From the NCBI GenBank assembly GCA_001784155.1, contig MFPL01000002.1, positions 108,520 to 172,519 on the forward strand: a stretch of DNA of 64,000 nt. Reading direction: 5' to 3'. Every line of letters starts with the position of its first letter. Position 1 is the stretch's first letter. Source of the DNA: Candidatus Levybacteria bacterium RIFCSPLOWO2_12_FULL_41_12. GTDB taxonomy: Bacteria; Patescibacteriota; Microgenomatia; Levybacterales; UBA12049. Positions 17,581-26,720 of the stretch are shown here, in pieces. The notes under the pieces are model-generated. The model saw only the letters and a list, made by a program, of their open reading frames with translations, was not told the origin of the DNA and ran no database searches. Position numbers and translations under genes: made by a program.

Positions 17581-18846
17581 TTAGTTAAATTCTGAGGAAA
17601 CTGATCGAAACTCTCTAATAGCTGTTACTTTTACTTCCCCTGGAATTGCAAGCGCGTTGGTAACTTCTTGTCTTATTTTTTCTGCAACTACTACAGTCTG
17701 CGCATCGTCAAGCTTCCCCGGATCGATTATTACCCGCAGCTCTCTACCTGCTTCAAATGCGTAGGCTTCCGCAACTCCTTCGTATTTTTTAGCAATATCT
17801 TCCATTTCCGTAAGTCTCTTTGCGTATTCTTCTACATCCTCATACCGGGCTCCCGGTCTTGCGCCCGATATTGCATCTGCGATTGACACGATTACCGACT
17901 CGACAGATGAAAAAGGACGGTCTTCATGATGCTCTGCCACACAATTAACTACTGCCTCAGGGATATTAAATCTTTTCAGATATTCTACTCCCAGCTTTAC
18001 ATGACTTCCTTCGCCCGGAACTACTTTTCCAATATCGTGAAACAGGCATCCGAGTCTTACTATATTTACATCTGCGCCTATTTCCTCAGCGATGTGAATT
18101 CCGATTTTTGTCTCCTCAAGAGTGTGCACTACCAGATTTTGTCCGTAAGATGTCCTGAATTTAAATCTCCCAAGCATTGATATCAACTCCCTGGGCAAAT
18201 TAAACACTCCCGCCTCGTGAGAAAGCTTTTCCCCCTCTTCAAACATTATTTTCTCAACTTCCTCTTCTGTTTCTTTTACAATCTCCTCTATCCTAAAGGG
18301 CTGTACCCTAGTGTCTTTAATAAGCTTCTCAAGAGCCCGTCTAGCTACCTCACGCCTTATCTGATCAAAAGAGGAAAGTCTTATTATTCCTTCTTCGTCG
18401 AGATCCACGTCTACTCCTGTAGCCTGCTCGAATGCACGAATGTTACGACCTTCTTTACCAATTATTCTTCCCTTCATTTCTTCATCGGGAATCTTAACTA
18501 TGGAGACGGTGTATTCTGCTATATAATTGAGGGCGCCGTGGCGCATTGAGTCGAGTAGTATTTCCTGTGCTTTTTTGTCAGAAATTCTTTTTATTTCTTC
18601 TTCACGCTCTTTTAAGATCTTTGCGATTTCTTGAGCCTGAGAGTTTTCGACCTCAGCTAGAAGGCTTGCTTTTGCCTCATCCGCGGTAAGGCCTGAAGCT
18701 TTCTGAAGCTTCTTAACGTATTCTTCCCTTTCTTCTTTAAGCCTATCTTTTTCTTTTTCGAGATCCTCGCGTTCTTTATCTATTTTATCCTGCTTTTCTA
18801 TTAATCTCTTTTCGAGATCTAAAAGATCCGGGTTTTGATTTTTCAT
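17581..18846 (-). CDS. rny: Ribonuclease Y
   Basis: 421 aa. N-terminal charged coiled coil, a KH domain (IIGKEGRNIRAFEQATGVDV) and an HD domain (HTLEETKIGIHIAEEIGADVNIVRLGCLFHDIGK). Confidence 0.85.
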   Translation of the reverse strand: MKNQNPDLLDLEKRLIEKQDKIDKEREDLEKEKDRLKEEREEYVKKLQKASGLTADEAKASLLAEVENSQAQEIAKILKEREEEIKRISDKKAQEILLDSMRHGALNYIAEYTVSIVKIPDEEMKGRIIGKEGRNIRAFEQATGVDVDLDEEGIIRLSSFDQIRREVARRALEKLIKDTRVQPFRIEEIVKETEEEVEKIMFEEGEKLSHEAGVFNLPRELISMLGRFKFRTSYGQNLVVHTLEETKIGIHIAEEIGADVNIVRLGCLFHDIGKVVPGEGSHVKLGVEYLKRFNIPEAVVNCVAEHHEDRPFSSVESVIVSIADAISGARPGARYEDVEEYAKRLTEMEDIAKKYEGVAEAYAFEAGRELRVIIDPGKLDDAQTVVVAEKIRQEVTNALAIPGEVKVTAIREFRSVSSEFN

Positions 18847-18978
18847 AATTTAACCAGCAAAGGGGAGGACTAAACTAGTCCTTATCCAAGAATTTTCGAA
18901 AGAGGATGAAATTTAATCTTCATAGCCATCTTTGATACCTTTGCTATAAATGGAGTATACAACTAAAGCTTTTTTCAG

Positions 18979-19443
18979 TCAAGGACTTACCCTTTTATCT
19001 ATAACTTTTTTTATAAGATCAAAGTCAAATCCACGCCTTGCCAGAAGCTGAAAGAGTTTTCGGTAGACTTCTTTTGTTGATAGTTTTTCAAACCTTTTAA
19101 TATGCTTGTCTAAAAGCTTCAACGCAGACTTTTCATCAAGATTTTTATCAACTTTTTCTGAAAGTCCGTCAACTATATCCCGTCCTATTCCCTTATTTCG
19201 GAGTTCCATCTTTATAATACGAAACGACTTAGGCCTGTTTCCTGTTCTTTGCTCAATCCACCACTCGGCAAATTCAATATCATTTAAGAACTTCTTCTCC
19301 TTAAGACTTTTTATAATCCGATCGATTATAGATTCATGTATCCTTTTCTTTTTTAAATAATCAATGACTTCTTTTTCAGAGCGAGGACGGTATGACAGGA
19401 ACCGAAGCGCCAGATCATGATATCTTTCAAAAGTGAGATCCAT
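18979..19443 (-). CDS. recX: Regulatory protein RecX
   Basis: 154 aa. Repeated three-helix RecX-like segments (ALRFLSYRPRSEKEV...). Immediately downstream of recA. Confidence 0.75.
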   Translation of the reverse strand: MDLTFERYHDLALRFLSYRPRSEKEVIDYLKKKRIHESIIDRIIKSLKEKKFLNDIEFAEWWIEQRTGNRPKSFRIIKMELRNKGIGRDIVDGLSEKVDKNLDEKSALKLLDKHIKRFEKLSTKEVYRKLFQLLARRGFDFDLIKKVIDKRVSP

Positions 19444-20057
19444 TAGAATTTTATTCCCAATGCCCTAAGTTCTTTCTCTAAATTTTCTTGTGTGCTAAAA
19501 AGAATAGTTTTCATTCCTAGCTTTTTGGCGGGAGGAAGATTGCGTTCAAGATCATCTATGAATAGACAATTTGCGGGATCTTCCGAAAGTTCTTTTAAGA
19601 CTAAATCGTAGGCTCTTTTATCAGGCTTTACAAATCCACTGTATCCTGAACTAACTATCAATTCAAAATAGCTATCGAGATTAAATCTTTTTCTTTTGTA
19701 TTCAAGCCAGTCTTTACTTATAGTAGTAAGGGCAGCCAACCGATAATTCTTTTTAAGACTTTGCAAAAGCTTTAGCATATTTTCTTTAGGTTTTTGATTC
19801 TCCGTCCAGAACTTTTTCGCAAAGTCGATATCGATTTTATCTGTCAGGGAATATGTGAGGAATTTTTTCCAAAAGTCATCTTCTGAAATTTCTCCTATTC
19901 TAAACTCCGGCCAGGAAGTCTCCCATCCTCTCATTGAATTATCAAAACTTACGTTAAAATAGTCACAAAATTCTTTTACCTGATCTCCTGTATGACAGGG
20001 GTAATCATTTGTAAGAATTACATTTCCAAGATCAAAAATTATTGTGGGTGATAACAT
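19443..20057 (-). CDS. HAD-superfamily hydrolase
   Basis: 204 aa. Motif I IIFDLGNVIL with a C-terminal CLFIDDLERN (DD motif). Confidence 0.6.
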   Translation of the reverse strand: MLSPTIIFDLGNVILTNDYPCHTGDQVKEFCDYFNVSFDNSMRGWETSWPEFRIGEISEDDFWKKFLTYSLTDKIDIDFAKKFWTENQKPKENMLKLLQSLKKNYRLAALTTISKDWLEYKRKRFNLDSYFELIVSSGYSGFVKPDKRAYDLVLKELSEDPANCLFIDDLERNLPPAKKLGMKTILFSTQENLEKELRALGIKF

Positions 20058-20061
20058 GGAG

Positions 20062-21150
20062 CTAACCTCGCTCGTTTGCTTCTTCCGCTGGCTCTTCGAC
20101 TCCTACTGCGACTGGAGTTCCCTCAGATTTGCTTTTTTTAAGTATTTCCTCGGTTATTTTAGTAGCTACCGATGGGTTCTCTTTAAGAAATATTTTTGCA
20201 GCTTCTTTTCCCTGTCCCAACATTGTGTCTCCTTGTCTTAGGAATGCTCCGGACTTTTGAATGGCTCCCATTTCTATACCAACGTCTATTATTGCACCCT
20301 CTTTTGATATTCCGTCCTGCATTACGTCAAATTCCGCAATCCTGAAAGGCGCTGATACTTTGTTCTTCACGATTTTTACTCTGTGCCTCGATCCAATTGC
20401 GCGGTCTCCGTCCTTAAGAGTTTCAATCTTACGGCAGTCAATTCTTACGGACGCATAAAATTTAAGAGCCAGACCTCCCGTTGTGGTTTCAGGATTTCCA
20501 AACATCACTCCTATTTTTTGTCTCAGCTGATTGGTAAAAATAACTACTGTTTTGGATTTAGAGATTACTCCTGTGAGTTTTCTTAATGCTTGAGACATAA
20601 GTCTTGCCTGAAGCCCTATCATTGCGTCTCCCATTTCTCCTTCAATTTCTGCGCGCGGAACAAGCGCTGCAACTGAATCTATAACCAAAACGTCAACTCC
20701 TCCTGAGCGAATAAGGCTTTCTGCGATTTCAAGCGCCTGCTCTCCTGTATCGGGCTGGGATATTAAAAGCTCCTCAAGGTTTACTCCCAGTTTTTGTGCC
20801 CAGAGAGGATCAAGCGCATGCTCTGCATCTATAAAAGCTGCTACTCCTCCTTTTTTCTGAGCCTCTGAAATTACCGACAAAGCAACCGTTGTCTTACCAG
20901 ACGCCTCTGGGCCATAAATTTCAATGATTCTACCGCGAGGGAGTCCCCCGACGCCTAGAGCTAAATCTAGGGGAAGAATAGCTGTCGGGATTACTGAAAT
21001 ATCTAGCTTTTGCTGTGCCTCACCCATGCGCATTATAGAACCACGACCATACTGCTTCTCAATTTGCTCCATTGCAAGTCGTACTGCTTCAAGCTTTCCG
21101 GAAGAGGGTGAGTGTCCGTTGGGAAGAGGATTTTTTGCTGCCTTTGCCAT
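20062..21150 (-). CDS. recA: Recombinase RecA
   Basis: 362 aa. GPEASGKTT Walker A, VIDSVAAL and [23 protein letters not shown]2 loop. Acidic C-terminal tail. Confidence 0.95.
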   Translation of the reverse strand: MAKAAKNPLPNGHSPSSGKLEAVRLAMEQIEKQYGRGSIMRMGEAQQKLDISVIPTAILPLDLALGVGGLPRGRIIEIYGPEASGKTTVALSVISEAQKKGGVAAFIDAEHALDPLWAQKLGVNLEELLISQPDTGEQALEIAESLIRSGGVDVLVIDSVAALVPRAEIEGEMGDAMIGLQARLMSQALRKLTGVISKSKTVVIFTNQLRQKIGVMFGNPETTTGGLALKFYASVRIDCRKIETLKDGDRAIGSRHRVKIVKNKVSAPFRIAEFDVMQDGISKEGAIIDVGIEMGAIQKSGAFLRQGDTMLGQGKEAAKIFLKENPSVATKITEEILKKSKSEGTPVAVGVEEPAEEANERG

Positions 21151-21254
21151 TGCGTTTTATTGTAAACGCCTTTTTGTTATAATTCAATATGCAATTTTTA
21201 ATTCTCAATTCGTAATTTTCACTGAATTTTCAATGTTTTAAAATTTACAAAATT

Positions 21255-21295
21255 GGATCTTGATTGAAAATTAGAAATTAGAAATTGAAAATTTT
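21255..21295 (+). promoter_or_regulatory. Tandem heptad array (TTGAAAA TTAGAAA TTAGAAA TTGAAAA) about 15 nt upstream of tRNA-Pro
   Basis: Direct 7-nt periodic repeats. The same element class recurs upstream of rpsD, rplP, fusA and rpsL. Confidence 0.4.
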
Positions 21296-21309
21296 CGCCT
21301 ACGGCGAAA

Positions 21310-21380
21310 CGGGATGTGGTTTAATGGTAGAATATGCGGCTGGGGGCCGTATGGTCTGAGTCCGATTCTCAGCATCCCGA
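21310..21380 (+). tRNA. tRNA-Pro (anticodon GGG)
   Basis: Acceptor CGGGAUG/CAUCCCG (7 bp) with discriminator A. U8 present. Short D-arm with G-U pairs. Anticodon stem UGCGG/CCGUA with loop CUGGGGG (U33, GGG anticodon, G37). Variable loop 4 nt. T-arm CUGAG-UCCGAUU-CUCAG. No encoded CCA. Confidence 0.6.
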
Positions 21381-21612
21381 CTGAAGCTCTAAAAACTGTC
21401 GGCTCCCTCCAAAGGCGGGCAGGCGTTTCCAATTATCTTGGGAGAAAAACGCAAAAATTTTAATGTACTCAAATGGCCGCCCTAGTTGTACTCAAACCCT
21501 TTCGGATCTGTCTAAAGCGGCCATTAAAAAACCGAAAGGAATAGTTTGAGTACCGTTTTAATATAGCAGGTTCACAAAGTTTTTCAACTGATATTTTCTA
21601 TATCAGCAGCTA

Positions 21613-23001
21613 TTAGAAAAAGGTTCGCATTTTTTCTATAGAGGTTTTTAAAACATTGTATTCGGTTTTACCATTGTCTTTTTGATGATGAATTTGATTT
21701 CTGATAAATGTATGTATACTAACCTCATTTGCATTTCTTTTATAAGGAGATTTTTTAGGTTCTTTTTTCTCACCAACAAAATAATCATTATCAAAATCTT
21801 TAATCTTCTTATCGTCTCCATTTATGAATTTTAGTTCTTCGAAAAGCTCGTTGTGATATTCTTCGGTCGCAAGATTAAAAGCTAGGTAATTTGTTTCGTT
21901 AGCTGAAATATAGGGTAAAACTCTTTTTTGTATCGCAGATGTATCCATACCGTTGTTATTGATTATGCTAATTCTTACATTACCGTTGTAAAATAATTGT
22001 TTTACTAAAAGAGGAGAGTGGGACGTAAGAATGATTTGTGCTTCTTTGGAAAATTCCAGTAAAAACTTAACAAATTTTTCCTGTAACGTTGGGTGCAGAT
22101 GAAGTTCGGGTTCGTCAATTAAAATTATTAATTGCTTACCGCTCTGCTTGGCTAAGTAAAAAGAATACAAAAGGGCAAAAATCATCTCATAGCCCGAACC
22201 AAGGTCATCCAATAAAATTTGCTGATTATTATCTTTCTTTGTGGCAAAGAATGCGTTTTTAAATGGTTGATAGTTATCTAAAAAATCTAATTTTATTTGA
22301 GAACCACTAATCTCATGAAATTTTTTTACAGCTTCTGACAGGAAGTTATTTTCAACTTTGTCTTTTTTGATTCTAGTATCTAATTCCTCATTCAAATTAT
22401 CAACTTGAGTTTTTTTTAGATATTGATAGCTAAAATCTTCCATCAATCTATCGAATCTAGTTGTGTTATAGGTGCCAGAGCGAATTTGAAAGATACGATT
22501 TTTGTCTAAGAATAAAACATCATTTTCGTCAAATCTTTTTGATTTCCAAGGATTATTTACCCCAACTCTTAAATCAGGACTATCTTCCTTTATGTTTTCG
22601 CCATCTGCTTGGATAAATCTGCGATCAAGAATGATCATGCTAGATAAATATGCCTTAAAATCTCGGGCTCTAATATTTGCTTTGAAAGAAAACCCATGCG
22701 CTTTGAATGATCCTGTAATTGTTTTTGTAACTTCAAAATTAGCTTTTGCATATAATTCAATTAGAATATCATTCTTCGGATCATTGAAGTCGCTAATAGA
22801 TACGGACTCTGTTTTATATTCCAATAATGGAAGTGCGAGAGCATCTAAAAGGGCTGTTTTCCCACTTCCATTTTCGCCCACAAATACATTTAATCCCGAA
22901 CCCTCGTTTATATTATCTGGCGTATTTATATCCTCAATTTCGAAATATTTTTCTGGTGAAAATAATCTAAAATTTTTTATTTTAAGTGATTTTATAAACA
23001 T
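21613..23001 (-). CDS. ABC-type ATPase of the OLD/AriA/PtuA/GajA-like family (no TOPRIM or HNH detected)
   Basis: 462 aa. N-terminal IKNFRLF...VFVGENGSGKTALLDAL (Walker A). Long coiled or insert region. LIILIDEPELHLHPTLQ (Walker B, D-loop, H-loop). About 110-aa C-terminal tail with no recognisable nuclease motif. Confidence 0.65.
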   Translation of the reverse strand: MFIKSLKIKNFRLFSPEKYFEIEDINTPDNINEGSGLNVFVGENGSGKTALLDALALPLLEYKTESVSISDFNDPKNDILIELYAKANFEVTKTITGSFKAHGFSFKANIRARDFKAYLSSMIILDRRFIQADGENIKEDSPDLRVGVNNPWKSKRFDENDVLFLDKNRIFQIRSGTYNTTRFDRLMEDFSYQYLKKTQVDNLNEELDTRIKKDKVENNFLSEAVKKFHEISGSQIKLDFLDNYQPFKNAFFATKKDNNQQILLDDLGSGYEMIFALLYSFYLAKQSGKQLIILIDEPELHLHPTLQEKFVKFLLEFSKEAQIILTSHSPLLVKQLFYNGNVRISIINNNGMDTSAIQKRVLPYISANETNYLAFNLATEEYHNELFEELKFINGDDKKIKDFDNDYFVGEKKEPKKSPYKRNANEVSIHTFIRNQIHHQKDNGKTEYNVLKTSIEKMRTFF

Positions 23002-23058
23002 AAATTCTTTAGCAAAATTATACGCCTGTGGTTATTGATTGGCAATTGATATTTATAT

Positions 23059-23619
23059 CTAGGATTTTGAGGTAACTTGAGCCAACTTTTCTCTAATTAC
23101 TTGTAATTCTTTAATCCTATACTCGTCATTTTCTTTTTTGACTGGAGCTTTCATTCCTTCCATGTTCAAATTACTTTCGTAGTTAAGCCCATCAACTATT
23201 TGTACTACTTTACTATCGTCTAGAGCTTTATCTGTAAAAGCTTTTAGTTTATGTTGGTCTGTAGTAGTTATTTCAACTTCTATAAATTTTCTCCAAACGC
23301 CATCATGCTCCCATTCTTTTAGTGTTTGAAATTGTTTTTCATTAAGTCCCCACAAAACTCCGGCTACCTGACCTGTTCCCGGTTTTACTGTGTAAGCTCT
23401 AAAATTTGACCCCCAAACTTCCAAAAGAGATTTTCGCGCAACTTCTGGAATTTGTTCTAGATCTTGAATTCCCAAAATCATTCCATCAACTCTTGCTCCA
23501 TATCCGCCGTCTAATTTTAAATCGTCACCTACAAGATTTGAGGCTCTTAAAATATCTACAATTCTAGTTTTTTCCCGATTGGCTCCGTATCCGAAAAATA
23601 AAATCTTTGCCATAAACAA
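23059..23619 (-). CDS. Gamma-glutamyl cyclotransferase (GGCT/AIG2)-like protein
   Basis: 186 aa. N-terminal ILFFGYGANREKTRI matches the AIG2/GGCT YGSN signature. Upstream of and co-oriented with the ATPase, with a 57-nt gap. Confidence 0.5.
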   Translation of the reverse strand: MFMAKILFFGYGANREKTRIVDILRASNLVGDDLKLDGGYGARVDGMILGIQDLEQIPEVARKSLLEVWGSNFRAYTVKPGTGQVAGVLWGLNEKQFQTLKEWEHDGVWRKFIEVEITTTDQHKLKAFTDKALDDSKVVQIVDGLNYESNLNMEGMKAPVKKENDEYRIKELQVIREKLAQVTSKS

Positions 23620-23707
23620 GTTAATATTATGTTATCACAAATTTAAGAAAAGGCTAGATTTTAGATACATATTGACATTATTCTTAAATGTCATCCATAA
23701 TAATCTT

Positions 23708-25078
23708 ATGAACCCATCAACCAATGGTGAACCTCCAGCGGGAGCAACGCCAGCAGAAGCAACAGGACAAGCTCCAGTAATTCCTACTTCATCAGAAACG
23801 CCTCAAACAGACCCAAGTCTTTTATCGCAAGACAGACATGGAGAATCACCCTTGTCTCATGAACCAATACAATCATCTTCGGAGGCTGCTCTTGACATGC
23901 TTGAAGCTAGAAGTAAGAAATTACGGGAAGCAGCGGAAACTCCAACCGCCCCAGAGCAATTCCGCAGTCAATATGAAACAGTGCAGCCGGTTTTATATGC
24001 CGCATCGCACAATAACGTACTTGGAGAGACAGAACGTACTCAAAGAGATGTTGTTGAACGAGGACAAACTTATATTACGAGTGATGCAGGCGCAATACTT
24101 GGATCAGCCGGCCGTCTAGAAAGACAAATAGAAGTTCTTTTAGCTGTAAATGGGATCACGGAAACAGGAATTGGCGATGAAAAGCAAAGACTTTTATCGG
24201 CTAAGGGATCAAAAGGCATGTCTATATCAGGTAAGCTTGCGCAAATGGCGCGTTTAGATTTTTCAACAACCGGAATAGATTCCCGAGGTGATTTAAGGGA
24301 CTCGCTCGAAGAAGCTGTTTTACATGCAAGAGCATTAAATGAAGTTTCTTCTGAGCTTATAGATAAAACACTTCGAAAAATGCGCAAGGATATAATAGGA
24401 TTAGGAGATTTAGATGATTTCCATAAAGCTGCTTATTTAGCTGCAGTAGATCAAGGAACCGATCCGCTAGATTTAGAGGGCGTTGCGGGACAGTTTGCTG
24501 ATTACTTAAAAAGAAAAGACGAAGCCATGAAAGCGGATCCAGATGCACCTGTTTTAGTTCGGTATGCAGAGATGGGTAATAACGTGCATACTATTTTATT
24601 GGAGAAAGCAGGAGAAGGAATTAAATTTAATTTTGATCCGGATTCAGGTAAATATGGAGCTAGTATAGAAGGTTCGGCTGCAACATACGAACCCGATACA
24701 AGCCCGTATACATCTATGTATCCCCAAGACCGTCTAGTTGGAAAAACAGGACCCATAGAAATTCCGCTAGGAAACGCTTTAGACTGGGAAACATATAATG
24801 GATTTACGGATAAGCCTAATTCTCTTGTGCCAATTACTGTTGGTTCGGATGCTATTATTGCTGACGTACGGGATGATCTAGAATATCAAGTTGGAGCTGC
24901 TGAAAAATATGGAGGCGCTGGGAATTTTGAAAACGCTGTAGTGAGGGAAGCAACATTTTTGGGCATAACAGATAAAGTTTTTGCAGGCCCGGAAGGAGAA
25001 AAACTTCTTGCTAATATTGCAGAATTTAATTCTAGACCAAAAACACCTCAGTATTCAGGTAATCGTTTAGATTATTAA
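23708..25078 (+). CDS. Hypothetical protein with disordered Pro/Thr/Ala/Ser-rich N-terminus; GC-richer than surroundings
   Basis: Start set at the ATG at 23708 (MNPSTNGEPPAGATPAEATG...). The longer ORF-track start overlaps the divergent GGCT gene. TTGACA-N18-CATAAT lies just upstream. No TM helices and no recognisable catalytic motifs. Confidence 0.5.
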   Translation: MNPSTNGEPPAGATPAEATGQAPVIPTSSETPQTDPSLLSQDRHGESPLSHEPIQSSSEAALDMLEARSKKLREAAETPTAPEQFRSQYETVQPVLYAASHNNVLGETERTQRDVVERGQTYITSDAGAILGSAGRLERQIEVLLAVNGITETGIGDEKQRLLSAKGSKGMSISGKLAQMARLDFSTTGIDSRGDLRDSLEEAVLHARALNEVSSELIDKTLRKMRKDIIGLGDLDDFHKAAYLAAVDQGTDPLDLEGVAGQFADYLKRKDEAMKADPDAPVLVRYAEMGNNVHTILLEKAGEGIKFNFDPDSGKYGASIEGSAATYEPDTSPYTSMYPQDRLVGKTGPIEIPLGNALDWETYNGFTDKPNSLVPITVGSDAIIADVRDDLEYQVGAAEKYGGAGNFENAVVREATFLGITDKVFAGPEGEKLLANIAEFNSRPKTPQYSGNRLDY

Positions 25079-25183
25079 CTATCCACCGTTATGAAAGGCA
25101 ATAATACTCACTAAAGATCAAACGCTGAGTAAAAAATTAACAGAGAAAGAAAAGATTATGACATTTCTTTTTCATGTAAAACT

Positions 25184-25816
25184 TTACTGCGAGTAAATCT
25201 GTAATCCGCTTGGATCGGAAAGTGTAAGTGTCTGACTGCAGGAATTATAATTACCCGTAACAATAACCGGGAAATTGGAAAATTTTGTATAGTCGACTTT
25301 TGAAGAAAAGGGCAGAGAAATTACGCTTTCATCATTTTTAACTAACACAACTTTATTGTGGGTTTGTTTGGGAGCAAAATAATCTAGGAATTGGGATAAA
25401 ACCGGAATTCCCGAAGACTCCTGCTCCATAACATTCAAAGTTTTGACAGTACCTATATAACTCTGTACTCCTTTTTCGCAAAGAATTTTTCCTCCTCCGA
25501 AAACTCCAAATACTCCAAGAGCCAAAGCTACTCCGGCAATTCCAAGACTTCCCTTAAGCGTGAAGGAAAATGCTTTCTGTCTTTTAATATCTTCCAAAAG
25601 TTCGACAATTTTTCGAAGGGGATTTCCTACGCGTACATCCAAAAGATCATCTTGACTCTTATGATATCTGACGTTGTCTCCGAAAAATTTATCGAGCGCG
25701 CCCTGAGGCTTTGGAGGACTGCCGGGTTTTTCGACATGAACAAAATGCCCCTCGCTGTCTCTTGGCTTACTTTCCGCAATTGTACTTTTTATCTCGCTTT
25801 TTACTTTTTCGGCCAT
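25184..25816 (-). CDS. Hypothetical single-pass membrane protein
   Basis: 210 aa. Central Gly/Ala-rich TM helix (GSLGIAGVALALGVFGVFGGG). Downstream of and co-oriented with the JAB gene. Confidence 0.45.
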   Translation of the reverse strand: MAEKVKSEIKSTIAESKPRDSEGHFVHVEKPGSPPKPQGALDKFFGDNVRYHKSQDDLLDVRVGNPLRKIVELLEDIKRQKAFSFTLKGSLGIAGVALALGVFGVFGGGKILCEKGVQSYIGTVKTLNVMEQESSGIPVLSQFLDYFAPKQTHNKVVLVKNDESVISLPFSSKVDYTKFSNFPVIVTGNYNSCSQTLTLSDPSGLQIYSQ

Positions 25817-25877
25817 ACTTTAATATAGCTTTGGATCTATAGCAATTGCAAGTTTACCTACTTATAACTTTGTTAAA

Positions 25878-26720
25878 TCAAGCTAGACGTGTCAGCGTCG
25901 CAGCAGTCGAAGTTTCATTGAAGTCTCCTTCGTACAATCCAAACTTTCTATTTCTGGCTTCGTCTATCAATTCGTCTCTCCAAATTCCACGAATTCTATC
26001 TTCAGATGTTCCTTTTTGTTTTTCTTTGTTCAATAAATGTAGCCCTCTACGACCAGCACTTCCTCTTCGTGGGTTTCTGTATTCTTCGTCCCAATTATTT
26101 GCAAGTTCAATATCCGAATTTTCTGCTACAACAAGTAAATAAATTTTATCTGATGCGATAACAATTGAGCAGATTGCAGAAGCACGACCGTCAGGCCTCT
26201 TTATTTGTGAAGCAAGATTATCAAAGTCAGGACCGCTGAATATAGCACCACTACTTGGGTGAGTATGTATTATTCCAAATAATTCTTCCTGTGGGAAAAA
26301 TTTAAATCCTGGGGACTGTTCTGTAGTAATTAAGTTCCTACCGAATACATAGTAGTCTGAAGCCCAATCAGGTTTATCACGTCGCCAATCTTCCTTTTGA
26401 AGTAAATCCTGAAGTCTCTGGGCTGTTTCTGATTCAGATAAACCTGTTAAATCCTCAAAAAGTGTTGCTCCCACAAAGTCTCTATGTTGTCCCTTGAATG
26501 CACCATCAATAGAAAGTTTTTCCTGAGTTCTCGTTAAAAATGCCATCTGTTCTGCATCTGTTTCGCTCTCCTGTTTTTTCATTCCATGAAACCCTGATAT
26601 AAGCTCAGGTTCATCGATCGCCACTGTTCTTGGAAGTTCGTCAAATCTCTTTCCTTCTAACGATAAAAGCGTAGGATGGGCTAAACCCTCTTGTCCTTCT
26701 ATGTTGGTTATATCCGACAT
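25878..26720 (-). CDS. JAB/MPN (JAMM) metalloprotease-domain protein, RadC/Mov34-like motif
   Basis: 280 aa. EELFGIIHTHPSSGAIFSGPD fits the JAMM motif E-x(n)-H-x-H-x7-S-x2-D exactly. The N-terminal roughly 130 aa are unassigned. Confidence 0.55.
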   Translation of the reverse strand: MSDITNIEGQEGLAHPTLLSLEGKRFDELPRTVAIDEPELISGFHGMKKQESETDAEQMAFLTRTQEKLSIDGAFKGQHRDFVGATLFEDLTGLSESETAQRLQDLLQKEDWRRDKPDWASDYYVFGRNLITTEQSPGFKFFPQEELFGIIHTHPSSGAIFSGPDFDNLASQIKRPDGRASAICSIVIASDKIYLLVVAENSDIELANNWDEEYRNPRRGSAGRRGLHLLNKEKQKGTSEDRIRGIWRDELIDEARNRKFGLYEGDFNETSTAATLTRLA

